Of a stretch of DNA of 64,000 nt, positions 25,976 to 48,468 are shown piece by piece (the first letter of the stretch is position 1; every line of letters begins with the position of its first letter). The DNA comes from a virus: positions 32,001 to 96,000 of IMG/VR virus record IMGVR_UViG_3300046777_002520, one strand, 5' to 3'. The notes under the pieces were generated by a model that had not been told where the DNA came from, did no database searches, and saw only the letters and a list, made by a program, of their open reading frames with translations. The position numbers were made by a program, and so were the translations under genes.

Positions 25976-28886
25976 CAAGGCTGCCAATCTCCTGGCCAAC
26001 CGCATCAACAAACCCAAGGTTCCGTTGCCTTCTGCCATAAATCCCAACCGACCAACTGCAAACATCAAGCCTGTTCAGCAGAACCCCCTGATTCCTGCTT
26101 CGCAGCAGTACGGGGCTAATTCCCAGCAAGCTGTGCAGCAGAAAGCCCAGCAACTGGGCCAGCAGCAGCCAGCCCCGAAGATGGCGTTCCTGAGAAAGCT
26201 GGCTGAAGGGCCGTCGCCAGATCTGAAGAATATGATGGACGCGTTTGCGCCCAAGAAGCCAGACACCACGCCGACCGTTCCTACCCCCATGCCTGCTCAA
26301 CCCAAAGGACTGGCTGGTCAGGTAGGCAACCCAATGGCTGGGCGTATCGACACAAACACTGGTAATGCTCTAGGCCAAAAGCCTCAAGTAGCCGCTCCAG
26401 ACTTTTCTGCTCTTCCTGGCTTTGTCAATATGAAGGACAGCCTGCGTCAGCAGGTAATGAGCCAAGACAACCTGGCGATGCACGGCATCAACTCTCGCCT
26501 GGTTAATCCTCAAGACGCCTCCGTAGACCAGATAGCCAGGTTTAACGCGATAGCGCCTGTGGCAGATCTATCCGACAGAAACACTCTTAAGAACCCAAAC
26601 AACCCCTTGTCTGCTGAGATGATTCAGGACGTCATAAACAGAGACGCCCAAAGGTTTAACCAGTTCGCCCAGGAACAGGCTTATGAAGGCGCACCCTTCA
26701 GCTGGGTTGACGCTATAAAGGGCAACACCAGCGCTGCTGATCCTCAGCAAAAGCAGTTAGCAGAGGCTTATTTGCAGAACCGTATTCAGACTACTGCTGA
26801 CGTAGACTCCAGACAGAGACAAGTACAATCTATAACTCAACAGCAGTTAGATGCAGAACAGAAATCTAGAGACATAAACGCCTTTGCAAAAAGGTGGACA
26901 GGCCTGGACGAAGCCACCCTCAACAGGTTGGCTGGCACCGTTCCAGAGGAGCTGAAGCTGCGTGCTCGCTCTGGTGACGCCAATGCGCTTAAGGAGATAC
27001 AGAAGCTAGAGGAGCATTACGCCAATCGCGGTGCCCTCGGCTACGCTGGCGACATAGCTGGCACCGGTTGGGACATGATCAACTCAAACGCAGGTATGCT
27101 GGCAGGCGGTCTGGCTGGGGCTGGCTTGAGAACAGTTGGCAGGGCTGGCACAGCCGCATTGACAAGAAATATGGCCACTAGGGCCAACCTGCTCAACAAC
27201 CCAGCTACCAGAACGTGGTCCAACCTCGCCCCCCGAGCCGTGGCAGCTACGGCCCAAGGCGCGGCCAAGGCTCCAGCGGCTATTGGCGAAATGGCGGGTG
27301 GCTTGGCCCAGGGTATAGGTACTTTCAATACGCAGGTTGGTTTGGGTAGAGAGGCGCTGACACCGATTGTTGGCGAGGATTCAGCCAATACCATTGCCAA
27401 CCTAGCGGCCACTTCGTATTACGGCGGCAAGGGCCTTGTTTACGATCCAGCCAAAGCCCTGCTGACCAAGGGTTTGCCAGGTCTGGCTGCTGCGGCTCCA
27501 GGCATGATTCCTTCTGGCATCATGGCGTACATGGGCGGTAAGGACATCTACAAAAACCGCGACACCATCGCCAACGACTTGAATCCCTATGCCACCGACA
27601 AGGATGTGAACCTCACCAACTTTGACAGGCTCAAAGAAAACAACGTAGGTCCAATTCAGGACGCCGTTGTTGGGGCTGACGCCATATCCCCCAACGCCGT
27701 ACTGAACGCTAACCAGCCTTTGTCGGTCGAGAGCTTCAATAAGTTGCCTCAAGGCTTCCCATCCCACATGGCGGCTATAAACTCCGACGCCATACTGAGG
27801 GAGAACCCTCAAATGGCTGAGCTGTCTGCGCAGGCTGCCCAGCTCAACTCTATCGCTGACCCAGTAGCCAGAGACGCTGCACGCATCAAGTTGAACGGCC
27901 AGGTCCGTGAGCAGTTTGGTAGCAGCCTGGATGAGTTCGAGGCTTTCAACAGCAGCTCGAACAATCTGGTGTCAGCCAATAAGGCGCTTTCTGATTCTTT
28001 CCAAGCCATGCAGGCTTCGGCCAAGGAAACTGATCCGTCAAAGATCAAGGCAGTAAACAAGAGCTACACGGACGCGCTTACCAACTACGAGGCAGTATCA
28101 AGGCAGGCGACTGAGAAAGCTATACCCTTCCTGACCAAGTACCAGGACACCCAGTACAAGAAGGTAATCGCTCCGATGGAGCAAGAGCTTCCTTCCGTGG
28201 CTCAGTCCGCTCAGAAAGCCATGTCTGACCGACTGAAAGGTATAGTCACACCTGAAGGTGAGCAGGCTATAGCCAGAGCAGCTCAGATGCAAGAGACGGC
28301 TAACAGACATAGCTACAGCAACGCCATGCTGTCGCTTATGAAGTCTGGAAAGATTACCAAGGCAGACCTGGACCTCAAGATGGGGGCTGACCCCACAGCG
28401 GCCAAGAAAATGATCGACGGTTTGTTCCAAGGCAAAGCTGTAGAGACCACCAACGCCACGGAAGGATACAAGATTGATCCAAACACGCTGCAGCCTGTGC
28501 CTACCAGCCAGTACAAGGACAACTCTGCTGCCGACGTTCTTGCCGCCGACAGCAAGCGCAACATCGCCACGTCTTTGAACCAGCAGTCCAACGGTGGTCT
28601 TGAGCAAAACCCAGGACTGTGGTCAAAGCTTACTAATGAAGTATGGGGCAAGATGCAGCCTTGGGAGAAGACTCTGACCCTAGGTGGTTTAAGCCTTGGG
28701 GCTATCGGTTTGTTTAGTAGCCTTGCAGGTGGAGACGAAGATGAGGAAGATGATGAGGACAGCGGCGGCAGCTTTATGCCGTTGTTAGCTATCGCTGGCG
28801 GTGCAGCCGCTTTAGCGTCACCGATGGCTAGGTATTTTGGTGCAGGCAACACTCAAGCCCCTCAACAAGGGCAGCAAGGAGTTTGA
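25812..28886 (+). CDS. Large Ala/Gly/Gln-rich probable virion (internal/ejection) protein
   Basis: Start MPFKSKKQMRWMFAND at ATG 25812; Gly/Ala amphipathic segments; two C-terminal hydrophobic stretches flanking an acidic loop. Confidence 0.6.
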   Translation: MPFKSKKQMRWMFANDPEMAKRWAAHTKDMKNLPEEKEEKKEASVGQEAGAELLDKAANLLANRINKPKVPLPSAINPNRPTANIKPVQQNPLIPASQQYGANSQQAVQQKAQQLGQQQPAPKMAFLRKLAEGPSPDLKNMMDAFAPKKPDTTPTVPTPMPAQPKGLAGQVGNPMAGRIDTNTGNALGQKPQVAAPDFSALPGFVNMKDSLRQQVMSQDNLAMHGINSRLVNPQDASVDQIARFNAIAPVADLSDRNTLKNPNNPLSAEMIQDVINRDAQRFNQFAQEQAYEGAPFSWVDAIKGNTSAADPQQKQLAEAYLQNRIQTTADVDSRQRQVQSITQQQLDAEQKSRDINAFAKRWTGLDEATLNRLAGTVPEELKLRARSGDANALKEIQKLEEHYANRGALGYAGDIAGTGWDMINSNAGMLAGGLAGAGLRTVGRAGTAALTRNMATRANLLNNPATRTWSNLAPRAVAATAQGAAKAPAAIGEMAGGLAQGIGTFNTQVGLGREALTPIVGEDSANTIANLAATSYYGGKGLVYDPAKALLTKGLPGLAAAAPGMIPSGIMAYMGGKDIYKNRDTIANDLNPYATDKDVNLTNFDRLKENNVGPIQDAVVGADAISPNAVLNANQPLSVESFNKLPQGFPSHMAAINSDAILRENPQMAELSAQAAQLNSIADPVARDAARIKLNGQVREQFGSSLDEFEAFNSSSNNLVSANKALSDSFQAMQASAKETDPSKIKAVNKSYTDALTNYEAVSRQATEKAIPFLTKYQDTQYKKVIAPMEQELPSVAQSAQKAMSDRLKGIVTPEGEQAIARAAQMQETANRHSYSNAMLSLMKSGKITKADLDLKMGADPTAAKKMIDGLFQGKAVETTNATEGYKIDPNTLQPVPTSQYKDNSAADVLAADSKRNIATSLNQQSNGGLEQNPGLWSKLTNEVWGKMQPWEKTLTLGGLSLGAIGLFSSLAGGDEDEEDDEDSGGSFMPLLAIAGGAAALASPMARYFGAGNTQAPQQGQQGV

Positions 28887-28887
28887 C

Positions 28888-29004
28888 ATGTCGGAAGAAG
28901 TGAGTCTTAACGTTGAGACTTTACAACCGTTTGTGGCGATAGCTCATCCTTTTGTGGTTTATCCGATAGAGGTAGAGCATACACTTGCCCTACCTTCGGA
29001 GTGA
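28888..29004 (+). CDS. Small hypothetical protein (38 aa)
   Basis: Not in the track. AAGGAG RBS; MSEEVSLNVETLQPF... Confidence 0.45.
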   Translation: MSEEVSLNVETLQPFVAIAHPFVVYPIEVEHTLALPSE

Positions 29005-29044
29005 TTTCTCAGGTATATTCAAATAGAGGTATAAGGAGCTAGCC

Positions 29045-29353
29045 ATGCCAGATATTGAAGCGACAGCACCTGTAGAAATTCCAGCCGTACCAGCCAAAGT
29101 CTACGACAAGTGGGTGGTTGAGCGCCTTGTATTCGAGGGCGACGGCATCACTCGACCTCTGGCTGCTGAAGCCTTCATGCTGCCAGCCCGTAAAGACGCT
29201 GACGGCAACTGGGAAGTTTACCCAGGTGGTCGCAAGAACATCTTCATTCCCGACCTGTGGGCTTTGGTCCCGTCCAGGCCTGACTTTGCCCAGGCGCTGG
29301 TTCAGGTGCAGACCGCCCTTGAGTCTTACGGGAAAGAACAAGGAATTCTCTAA
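29045..29353 (+). CDS. Small protein preceding the fibre genes (possible fibre-associated protein)
   Basis: AAGGAG RBS; position in the cluster. Confidence 0.65.
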   Translation: MPDIEATAPVEIPAVPAKVYDKWVVERLVFEGDGITRPLAAEAFMLPARKDADGNWEVYPGGRKNIFIPDLWALVPSRPDFAQALVQVQTALESYGKEQGIL

Positions 29354-29373
29354 CAAACTCGTTGTTCCCGAGG

Positions 29374-29404
29374 CAACACGGGACTAGCTATCCCGTGTTG
29401 TTTT
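29374..29404 (+). terminator. Hairpin/terminator
   Basis: CAACACGGGA pairs with TCCCGTGTTG (10 bp), followed by TTTT. Confidence 0.6.
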
Positions 29405-29420
29405 CATAGAGGACGCGTAG

Positions 29421-33547
<4,127 letters not shown>

Positions 33548-33559
33548 GCTAGCTTTTAG

Positions 33560-40340
<6,781 letters not shown>

Positions 40341-40352
40341 GAGGACGCTGCA

Positions 40353-41729
40353 ATGGGACTTGGACATTCACCCGCTATCGACACAAACAGCCTTCAGCTT
40401 TGCTTGGACGCTGCCAACGTCAAAAGCTATGCAGGTTCTGGTACAACCTGGACTGATCTAAGCGGTAACGGTCGTAACTTCACGCTAGTCAGCGGCCCTT
40501 ACGAAAGTCCGGGTTATCTTGGCAGCATGTACTTTGACGGCGTGGACGACTACGCCACTAGCAGTTACGCCCCAGTCTTTACTGGCGACTTCACTATTTC
40601 GTTTTGGGTGAACTTTAAGACTTACAAAGCCTATCAAAACGTAGTTAGCTCTACCAACACTGGCGGTGCCGCGTATGGCTTTTGGCTCGAGTTTGGGTCT
40701 ACTAGGGGTTTTACTCTTTACACAGGTTTGACAGGTTCAGCCACTTTGGTCTTAGAAGACAATGTTCAAAGTTTAACTAGCCTAGCCACTAATACTTGGC
40801 ACCACGTCTGCGTAACAAGAAGCGGATCAAGCACCAACAACATCAAGTTGTATGTCAATAACACGCTTTACGGTCAAAACACATACACAGGAAACATAGG
40901 CGTAGCCACTCAAAACTTGATGTTGGCCAAGTATTCTTACGACGCAGTCGGAAGTGAATGGCTTTTCAACGGGTACCTTTCCAACCTGGTGATCCAGCAC
41001 GCAGCTGTATCGTCCGATACAGTAGCTAAAAATTACGCAGCAGGTAGAGGTAGGTTTGATAACTTTTACACGCCTCCTTTGGTTACTAGCGGTCTAGTTC
41101 TTAGTTTAGACGCAGGCAATCCGTCCAGTTACTCTGGTACTGGGTCTACGTTTACCGATCTAAGCGGAAACTCGAATACTGGTACTTTGATAAGTTCTCC
41201 AACTTTTTCCTCAGCTAACGGAGGAAGCTTAACTTTTAACGGAAGCACCAACTGGGTGGACTGTGGAAACGCTGCTAGCTTGCAGCTCTACACAGGTACA
41301 GTGTCGGCTTGGATAAAGGCTTCTTCTTCAGGAAACACTGGTTATAGAGGAATAGTGGTAAAGCAAAACGCCTGGGCCATGTTTGTTTACGATAATCAAC
41401 TAAACGTATATAGCTGGAATACTTACGGCAATCAAGGAACAGGTAAAACTGTAGGGGACAACACTTGGCACCAGGTTGCTATGACATTCTCTGCTACCGA
41501 CGTTGGAGCCGCTGGTAACACAAGTATTTATCTTGATGGCGCTTTGGTAGGTACTGCTCGTATATACCACGCATCTCACGTCATACCTGTCACTTTAGCC
41601 TCTGGTACTAACGGCGCGCAGCAGATTTTAAATGGAAGCATAGCTCAAGCTTTGGTTTACAACAGAGTTTTGACACAGACAGAATTGCTTCAAAACTTCA
41701 ACGCGCTTCGTGGGAGGTTCGGCCTATGA
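40353..41729 (+). CDS. Tandem double LamG-like protein
   Basis: Two copies of the LDAxN..SY.G.G.T.TDLSGN module; WHHV and WHQV motifs. Confidence 0.85.
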   Translation: MGLGHSPAIDTNSLQLCLDAANVKSYAGSGTTWTDLSGNGRNFTLVSGPYESPGYLGSMYFDGVDDYATSSYAPVFTGDFTISFWVNFKTYKAYQNVVSSTNTGGAAYGFWLEFGSTRGFTLYTGLTGSATLVLEDNVQSLTSLATNTWHHVCVTRSGSSTNNIKLYVNNTLYGQNTYTGNIGVATQNLMLAKYSYDAVGSEWLFNGYLSNLVIQHAAVSSDTVAKNYAAGRGRFDNFYTPPLVTSGLVLSLDAGNPSSYSGTGSTFTDLSGNSNTGTLISSPTFSSANGGSLTFNGSTNWVDCGNAASLQLYTGTVSAWIKASSSGNTGYRGIVVKQNAWAMFVYDNQLNVYSWNTYGNQGTGKTVGDNTWHQVAMTFSATDVGAAGNTSIYLDGALVGTARIYHASHVIPVTLASGTNGAQQILNGSIAQALVYNRVLTQTELLQNFNALRGRFGL

Positions 41730-42424
41730 GCGGTGAGTTTAAAGCTCTTGGCTCGTACGCTGGGCCTAACATTCCCACTAGTGGTTTGGTTCTGTATCTG
41801 GATGCTGGCAATACAAAAAGCTATCCAGGTTCTGGGTCAACTTGGACTGACCTCAGCGGAAACTCAAACAACTTGACGTTAGTAAACAGCCCTACTTTTT
41901 CTTCGTCTTACGGAGGTTGTTTAACTTTTAACGGCTCTACCCAAAGAGCATACATATCCAATGCGTCATGCAGCGCCAACTTTAAAACCATGACAGCTTA
42001 TTCCAGCGTAGCTGCCATAAAAAGTTTAAACTCCGATACGGCCTGGCACACGCTTTACAGCTTCGGTGACTCGTCTAATTTTATAGACATGTGGCAAAGG
42101 TCTGGTACTAGAGTGTTTGGCAGTGACGGTACTCAACTATACAGCTCTACCGATATGTACACGTCTGGAATGTCTGTATGGGCGCACACTAGTAGCGTAG
42201 CGGCAGGTGGCGTTCTTTATAGAAATGGTGAGTCCATAGGGTCTGCTTCTGTGGTTTCTCAAACTTCTACTTCGACTTATGACTTTGGAATAGCTTATGA
42301 CTCTAACACTTCATCGTATTTTGCTAACGTAGAGTTTCCCGTTTTACTCATATACAACCGTGTACTTACTTCTGCTGAGATACAGCAAATCTACTCTGCG
42401 TACAGAGGCAGATTTGGGCTATAA
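41726..42424 (+). CDS. LamG-like protein
   Basis: Same N- and C-terminal motifs as its paralogues. Confidence 0.85.
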   Translation: MSGEFKALGSYAGPNIPTSGLVLYLDAGNTKSYPGSGSTWTDLSGNSNNLTLVNSPTFSSSYGGCLTFNGSTQRAYISNASCSANFKTMTAYSSVAAIKSLNSDTAWHTLYSFGDSSNFIDMWQRSGTRVFGSDGTQLYSSTDMYTSGMSVWAHTSSVAAGGVLYRNGESIGSASVVSQTSTSTYDFGIAYDSNTSSYFANVEFPVLLIYNRVLTSAEIQQIYSAYRGRFGL

Positions 42425-42443
42425 TCACAGCTATGGCTTTTAG

Positions 42444-45490
<3,047 letters not shown>

Positions 45491-45491
<1 letters not shown>

Positions 45492-45757
45492 TGGCTGGAA
45501 TCAGCAGACGATGCAAACGCAGACCTAACTCTGGTGTGGGTGGTTGCACAAACGGAGGAGCAGGTTCTCCCCCAGCAACCTATCCAAGTAGCACTACTGT
45601 TATAAAAGCTAGCGCTACTAATCCATACGCGCCACCGCCTAGAGTTCCTCCTACCAAGGTAAAGGCAGCTGGTAACAAGGTTGTTCTGTCTTTCAATCAA
45701 CCTGTGACCGGTACTACTACGGGTATAACTGTAAAGGTAACGAAGGGGACAGGATGA
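45491..45757 (+). CDS. Small hypothetical protein
   Basis: TAATG coupling at 45491; ATGA coupling to the next gene. Confidence 0.55.
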
Positions 45758-46176
45758 CTGACTCATCAGAGCCTTGGTACAAAGACGGTCTTCAGTTTGA
45801 ATGCACTAAGTGCGGCGACTGCTGCAACGTGTGGGAAGGCTCTGTTTGGCTTGTCGAAGGCGACGTACCAAGGCTTGCTGATTATTTGAACATGTCTGAA
45901 GAAGACGTGATAAAAAAGTATACAAACAAAAACAAAGATGACTTGGTGATCCAAAGACTGGCCAATGGAGCCTGCCCTCTATTTAAACCAGGAGAGGGCT
46001 GCACGGTTCATGAGGCCAAGCCTAACCAGTGCAGCACTTATCCCTTTATGCGCTTGATGCAAGATTCAAGAGAAGGCTGGGATAACCTTACTGCCAAGTG
46101 TCCAGGTGCCAAACAAGGACCGCTCATACCAGCAGACGAAATAACTAGAAGAATAAAGCTTTCCGTAAAGTTCTAA
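45754..46176 (+). CDS. YkgJ-family CxxCxxCC Zn/Fe-chelating protein
   Basis: FECTKCGDCC, CPLF, CTVHEAKPNQCSTYPF, CPG. Confidence 0.85.
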   Translation: MTDSSEPWYKDGLQFECTKCGDCCNVWEGSVWLVEGDVPRLADYLNMSEEDVIKKYTNKNKDDLVIQRLANGACPLFKPGEGCTVHEAKPNQCSTYPFMRLMQDSREGWDNLTAKCPGAKQGPLIPADEITRRIKLSVKF

Positions 46177-46187
46177 GGAGCCTTTAG

Positions 46188-47156
46188 ATGGCTACTATTT
46201 CAACATCGCCTCCAGGCAGCTCAACATCGTCTTCATCTTCGTCGTCATCGTCGTCAACAACGACAACTACAACAACGACGACCACGACAACTACCACAAC
46301 TACCACAACTACAACTACTGCTGGACCTATAACAGCAGGCATAGCCTTAAACACAACAGACGCTGACGCCAAAGATCAGACTATTGTCTTAGACATATCT
46401 GGCGTAACTATTGAAGCCACAGACAGCGTTGAGATCATCATCGCAGCAAACTCAATACAGTCAGCTTTGGATGGAAGCTACGTAGCTGCTACTACTCTGG
46501 CCAACGCCGACATAGAAAACGAGTACGGGCTTAAGCTTCATCTTGATGCTTTGAATTACAAAAGCTACCCAGGCACAGGCTCTACTTGGTTTGATTTGAG
46601 CGAGAGCGGTAATAACGCTACTCTTGTAAACTGCGGCTTCACTACCACAAATTACGGAGGCATAACTTTCGATGGTTCTACTTCGTACGCTGATTTGAGC
46701 ATAGCCAACCTGCTAACTGGCACTACACCGTTTACTATCATAGTGGCTGTTACAACTGACGTTTCTCCAGGCGCAAATAACGCCATCATAGGTAATTATG
46801 GGTCTACCACTAGTAACACTCTGTGGTTTTCTGCGTCTTACGGTTTATACATTAACACTTCTTCGCCTTATTTTTCAGGTTATCCCATAGCAGCTGGTAC
46901 TTACATTTTGGCTGTCACTAGAAACGCTTCTGGCTTATGCACTCTATACAAGAACGGGGTATCAAACGGTACGGCTACTAACACAGCTAGCATTGCTACG
47001 GCTGCACAGAACTGGAGAATAGGCGCTGACGCTGGTACAGCTGGGGAAAAACTAGACGGTACCATTTACATGCTTCGCGTTTACGACAAAGCTTTCTCTT
47101 CCACTAGAATCTCTTCTTTCTATAATGCGTTCAAAGGCAGATACGGGCTAACCTAA
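46188..47156 (+). CDS. LamG-like protein with Ser/Thr-rich (mucin-like) N-terminus
   Basis: Poly-Ser plus 21 Thr (46257-46319); LHLDALNYKSYPGTGSTWFDLS. Confidence 0.8.
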   Translation: MATISTSPPGSSTSSSSSSSSSSTTTTTTTTTTTTTTTTTTTTTAGPITAGIALNTTDADAKDQTIVLDISGVTIEATDSVEIIIAANSIQSALDGSYVAATTLANADIENEYGLKLHLDALNYKSYPGTGSTWFDLSESGNNATLVNCGFTTTNYGGITFDGSTSYADLSIANLLTGTTPFTIIVAVTTDVSPGANNAIIGNYGSTTSNTLWFSASYGLYINTSSPYFSGYPIAAGTYILAVTRNASGLCTLYKNGVSNGTATNTASIATAAQNWRIGADAGTAGEKLDGTIYMLRVYDKAFSSTRISSFYNAFKGRYGLT

Positions 47157-47167
47157 GAAAGGCTATC

Positions 47168-48040
47168 ATGTCTCCCAAGCTCACGATTGGAATGGCCAAC
47201 TGGGACGACCCAGAAGGCGCGTTCTGGACGCTTACAGCCATACGCCAATATCACGTCAAAGAAGACAACAAGGAAGTCGAGCTTCTTGTTGTTGACGATA
47301 TGCCAGAGAAGCAGCAAGACCTTGAGAACGTTTGCAGCAACTCTGGGACAAGATACGTTCACCACTCCAAGAACAAAGGTCCAGCTCACGCCAAAGACTC
47401 TGTATGGGAGCACGCCCAAGGCGACTACGTTCTTCTGGTTGATAGCCATGTCTTACTAGCGCCGTGCTCAGTCAACTACATCCTTGACGCCATCGACAGC
47501 GATCTAATAGGCAAAGACCTGTGGACAGGACCACTTCTGAACGAGCGTGGGCACATGATTGCTTCTGAGCTTTTACCAGAATGGCGTGGTCAGTTCTTTG
47601 GTGTCTGGCATACCGACCAGGACCTGCTGAAGACAAAGATCAAAGAGATTGAAGGACACGGTTCTGCTTATACGCTTATGAAGCGTGAACACTACCCATA
47701 CTTCAGCAAACACTTCAAAGGTTTCGCAGGCGAGGAGCTGTACATTCACCAGAAGGTACGCAACAACGGAGGTAAGTGCTACACGCACCTTGACCTCGGC
47801 TGGATTCACAGGTTTATGCGATCAAAGCCGATAAGCTACTCCTTGACACTCAATGATAAATTGCATAATTATCTCGTAGCTTCTTACGAGATGGGCTGGA
47901 ACATCAAGCAGTGCTGCGACTACTTCAAGAAGAGCCTGCCTGAGGACCAGTTCAACGGTGTACTTAATGGTGTTAAAGAAATATATCCGAATATAAATTT
48001 TTCGGATGATTCTGGCAAAAGGCACAAGGAACATGACTAA
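47168..48040 (+). CDS. GT2 glycosyltransferase
   Basis: LVVDD, VLLVDSHV, GFAGEE. Confidence 0.8.
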   Translation: MSPKLTIGMANWDDPEGAFWTLTAIRQYHVKEDNKEVELLVVDDMPEKQQDLENVCSNSGTRYVHHSKNKGPAHAKDSVWEHAQGDYVLLVDSHVLLAPCSVNYILDAIDSDLIGKDLWTGPLLNERGHMIASELLPEWRGQFFGVWHTDQDLLKTKIKEIEGHGSAYTLMKREHYPYFSKHFKGFAGEELYIHQKVRNNGGKCYTHLDLGWIHRFMRSKPISYSLTLNDKLHNYLVASYEMGWNIKQCCDYFKKSLPEDQFNGVLNGVKEIYPNINFSDDSGKRHKEHD

Positions 48041-48137
48041 CGCTGAGATGCTTTACACGGCTTTTACTATTGTTTTCTGCGTGGTAAGCTTCACAGCTAT
48101 CTACTTCGCTTATGACAGGTCAGACAAAGACGAATAG
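48033..48137 (+). CDS. Small membrane protein (34 aa)
   Basis: Not in the track. MTNAEMLYTAFTIVFCVVSFTAIYFAYDRSDKDE. Confidence 0.55.
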   Translation: MTNAEMLYTAFTIVFCVVSFTAIYFAYDRSDKDE

Positions 48138-48169
48138 CTTTACGAATATCTTTTTAAAGGAGTGCGGTC

Positions 48170-48340
48170 ATGGGTTACTACAAAAATTTGATCATTAAAA
48201 CAGGTGAACTAGAAGATAAGCTAAAGCACCTGAAGCTTTCGGCAAAAAAGATGAAACGTAAACTTTTTAGTTTACGTTCTGAGATTCTTGAAACACAAGA
48301 AGAGCTGGTAAAGCTAAAAAAAGCTGCAGAACAAAAATGA
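48170..48340 (+). CDS. Small coiled-coil protein (56 aa)
   Basis: Not in the track. AAGGAG RBS; heptad pattern. Confidence 0.6.
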   Translation: MGYYKNLIIKTGELEDKLKHLKLSAKKMKRKLFSLRSEILETQEELVKLKKAAEQK

Positions 48341-48465
48341 ATAATATCTTGCGCTACTTGATGTACTCAGAGCCGTTCATGTACTTTTGCTTTATCTCTG
48401 CTGCCTTGCTAGCTGGATCGCTTTTGCTAGGCTACGTTCTTAACGATAAGACTGAAGGGAAGTGA
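48337..48465 (+). CDS. Small membrane protein (42 aa)
   Basis: ATGA coupling; FMYFCFISAALLAGSLLLGYVL. Confidence 0.55.
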   Translation: MNNILRYLMYSEPFMYFCFISAALLAGSLLLGYVLNDKTEGK

Positions 48466-48468
48466 TTT

